A stretch of 64,000 bases of DNA from Candidatus Krumholzibacteriota bacterium. Its GTDB lineage: Bacteria > Krumholzibacteriota > Krumholzibacteriia > JAJRXK01. Numbering within the stretch: position 1 is the first letter of the stretch; the number at the start of each line of letters is the position of its first letter. A model generated the notes under the pieces. The model was not told where the DNA came from. It made no database searches and saw only the letters and a program-made list of their open reading frames with translations. This document shows positions 62,395 to 64,000 of this stretch, piece after piece. The stretch spans positions 320,001 through 384,000 of the forward strand of contig CAVSGG010000009.1 of the NCBI GenBank assembly GCA_963727455.1. The letters run 5' to 3'. Position numbers and translations under genes: made by a program.

Positions 62395-64000
62395 CGAACG
62401 AGCACGAGTGGGGTCGCATGCACTCCCCTCCCGGGTGCGCAGCACCGCATGATATACGCCGCTACCCACCGCGAGGCCACTGCTGTCCGTTCCATCCCAG
62501 CTCGTCTGTGAGCTTCCCGCCGGCTGATAAGCGCTGGCCAAGACTTTGATACGACGTCCGCGCTGATCGACCACCAAAAGTTCGACGTGTTCTCCCCGCG
62601 AGAGAGTGAAGGGAATGACCACTCTGGGATTGAAGGGTTGGGGATGTGCGGGTCCCAAGCTCAGGAGACTGCGCACCGGAGGAGCTTGGGTCGAAGGACC
62701 GGCCGTGAGCACCACGCGCGCCGTCTCTCCATCGTGCGCGAGGTCAAGTACCTGGGTCGCGGGGTCGTAGCGCCAACTTCGATCCAGAGGCGCACCGGGT
62801 GCCGCCGGGTCGATCCATTCGTCGTTCAGGAGTACCCCGTAGGGAGCAGCCGCGAGCTTGAAATGCGCTTCACCCGGCGCGTCCCAAGCGACCAAGATCT
62901 CGCTGGGGGAATACTGCACGGAGGTGGGCTCGGCGTCTTGGTAGGCGATCAGGTGGTTCTCTTCGTTGGGCGCCAATTCGGGCGCCAAGCCGAAAGCCTG
63001 GAGCATGTATTTCACGGTGTTGAAGTTCTGTTCGTACCAGGTCCCCGGGAGAAAGCTCGGGTCGGTCAGTTCGCGGATGGTCGTGAGCATTCGTCCATCC
63101 CCGTCGGGGGGCGCAAACTGACCCTGGCCGTAGGTCAGGGTGTTGAGTGCGCCGATGGCGCGCTGACGCCAGAGGGTGTCATTCGCGGCCGTTCCCGCGG
63201 TCAAAGCATCCAGCCGCAACTGCATCCATGCCCACTGTCCGGTGGCCGAGTAGGTGGAATGCGGCCAGTGATCCCATTCGAGAACTACCGGCGCGTAGGC
63301 GTCGTAACCGTTTTCCATGCTCCAGGGCGCCAGGTAGCGATTGGTCGACCAGTTTATGATCTCGATCGCCTTGTCCAGGTCGCCCGGATCATTGCGGTCG
63401 AGCAGGTACTCCAGAGTTTCTTCGGCGCTGTAGTGATCGAGATCACCGATCATCTCTTCCGGCGGTACGTCCTCGTAGAATCCTTCCCAATACATGTATC
63501 GCGGACTCGTGGGCTCAAGGGGATTGGCAAAGAGCCATGCCATCGCTCTGTCCGCCGCGGCGCCGTAACCGTTTCCGGGATGGTCGGTTTCCAGGGACTG
63601 CAGCAAGCGCACGGCGGGAATCAGATGGCTGGTGTAATCCTGAATCACCAGTCCATCTGAGGGACGCACCCGGAAAGGCCAGCGTCCGTCGTCCTCGACG
63701 CCTCCGCTGAGCTGCGTAGCTACGTAAGTGTCGGCAATCTGCAGCGCGGCATCGAGAAAGTGGGCCTGCCCGGTGATGCGATACAGACGCAAACAACGGA
63801 GGGCTACCATGGCGGGCTTGTCGCTCATGACGGACTCCCCATCGAAGCCCCCACCCATCACCCCATCGGTCTGCGTGGAGTAGGGCCAATTGCCGTACGC
63901 GTCGGAAGCGGGAGTGCGCCGATCGAGCAGCCAGTCCATCATCGTCACTGCCCGATCCAGAGCATCCAGGTCTCCCGAATAGCTCCACCAATCCAGAAAT
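62391..64000 (-). CDS. Secreted protein, possible alpha/alpha-toroid glycosidase-like domain with FlgD-Ig C-terminal domain; 5' partial, 1-nt frameshift near the end
   Basis: Frame open to the window edge; LYRITG...LDAA..IAD helices; PQPFNP...WDGTD..G..V.SGVY. Removing one base near 62425 gives ...TPLVLVR* with stop at 62391. Confidence 0.68.

Noticed and set aside
1-64000. CRISPR arrays, tRNA/rRNA, IS elements, prophage or defence systems
   Set aside because: I saw no spaced repeats, RNA gene signatures, or transposase, integrase, phage or defence motifs. Small RNAs could be missed by eye.

Overview
A high-GC (roughly 60-65% by eye), gene-dense bacterial chromosomal window with about 53 CDSs. 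I saw no rRNA, tRNA, CRISPR array or mobile element. Four secreted proteins end in a FlgD-Ig/T9SS-type C-terminal domain, which points to an FCB-group candidate phylum such as Krumholzibacteriota, Latescibacterota or Eisenbacteria (inference). The contents are: an oxygen/redox block (ctaA-ctaB fusion, globin, YdeP-type Mo enzyme, cydAB, peroxiredoxin, bacilliredoxin); housekeeping genes (gpmA, ettA, apaH, ahcY, hutH, htpG); metal transporters; a damaged CarH/LitR-photolyase light-response locus with operator-like 11-bp repeats; and secreted glycan-active proteins. The most notable items are: (1) a bacterial histone-fold protein with a Lys-rich N-terminal tail and a possible tail-less isoform from an internal start (17271-17537); (2) its convergent neighbour, which resembles human CLN6; (3) a HAL-family lyase whose MIO triad is Ala-Cys-Gly instead of Ala-Ser-Gly; (4) an ANKH-like transporter; (5) a MacB/FtsX-type ABC system paired with an atypical metal-binding lipoprotein; (6) a 120-bp AT-rich island. 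Several genes after 31 kb are frameshifted, probably from long-read indel errors. All family calls come from recognising motifs by eye and from remembered sequences; no database search was run.
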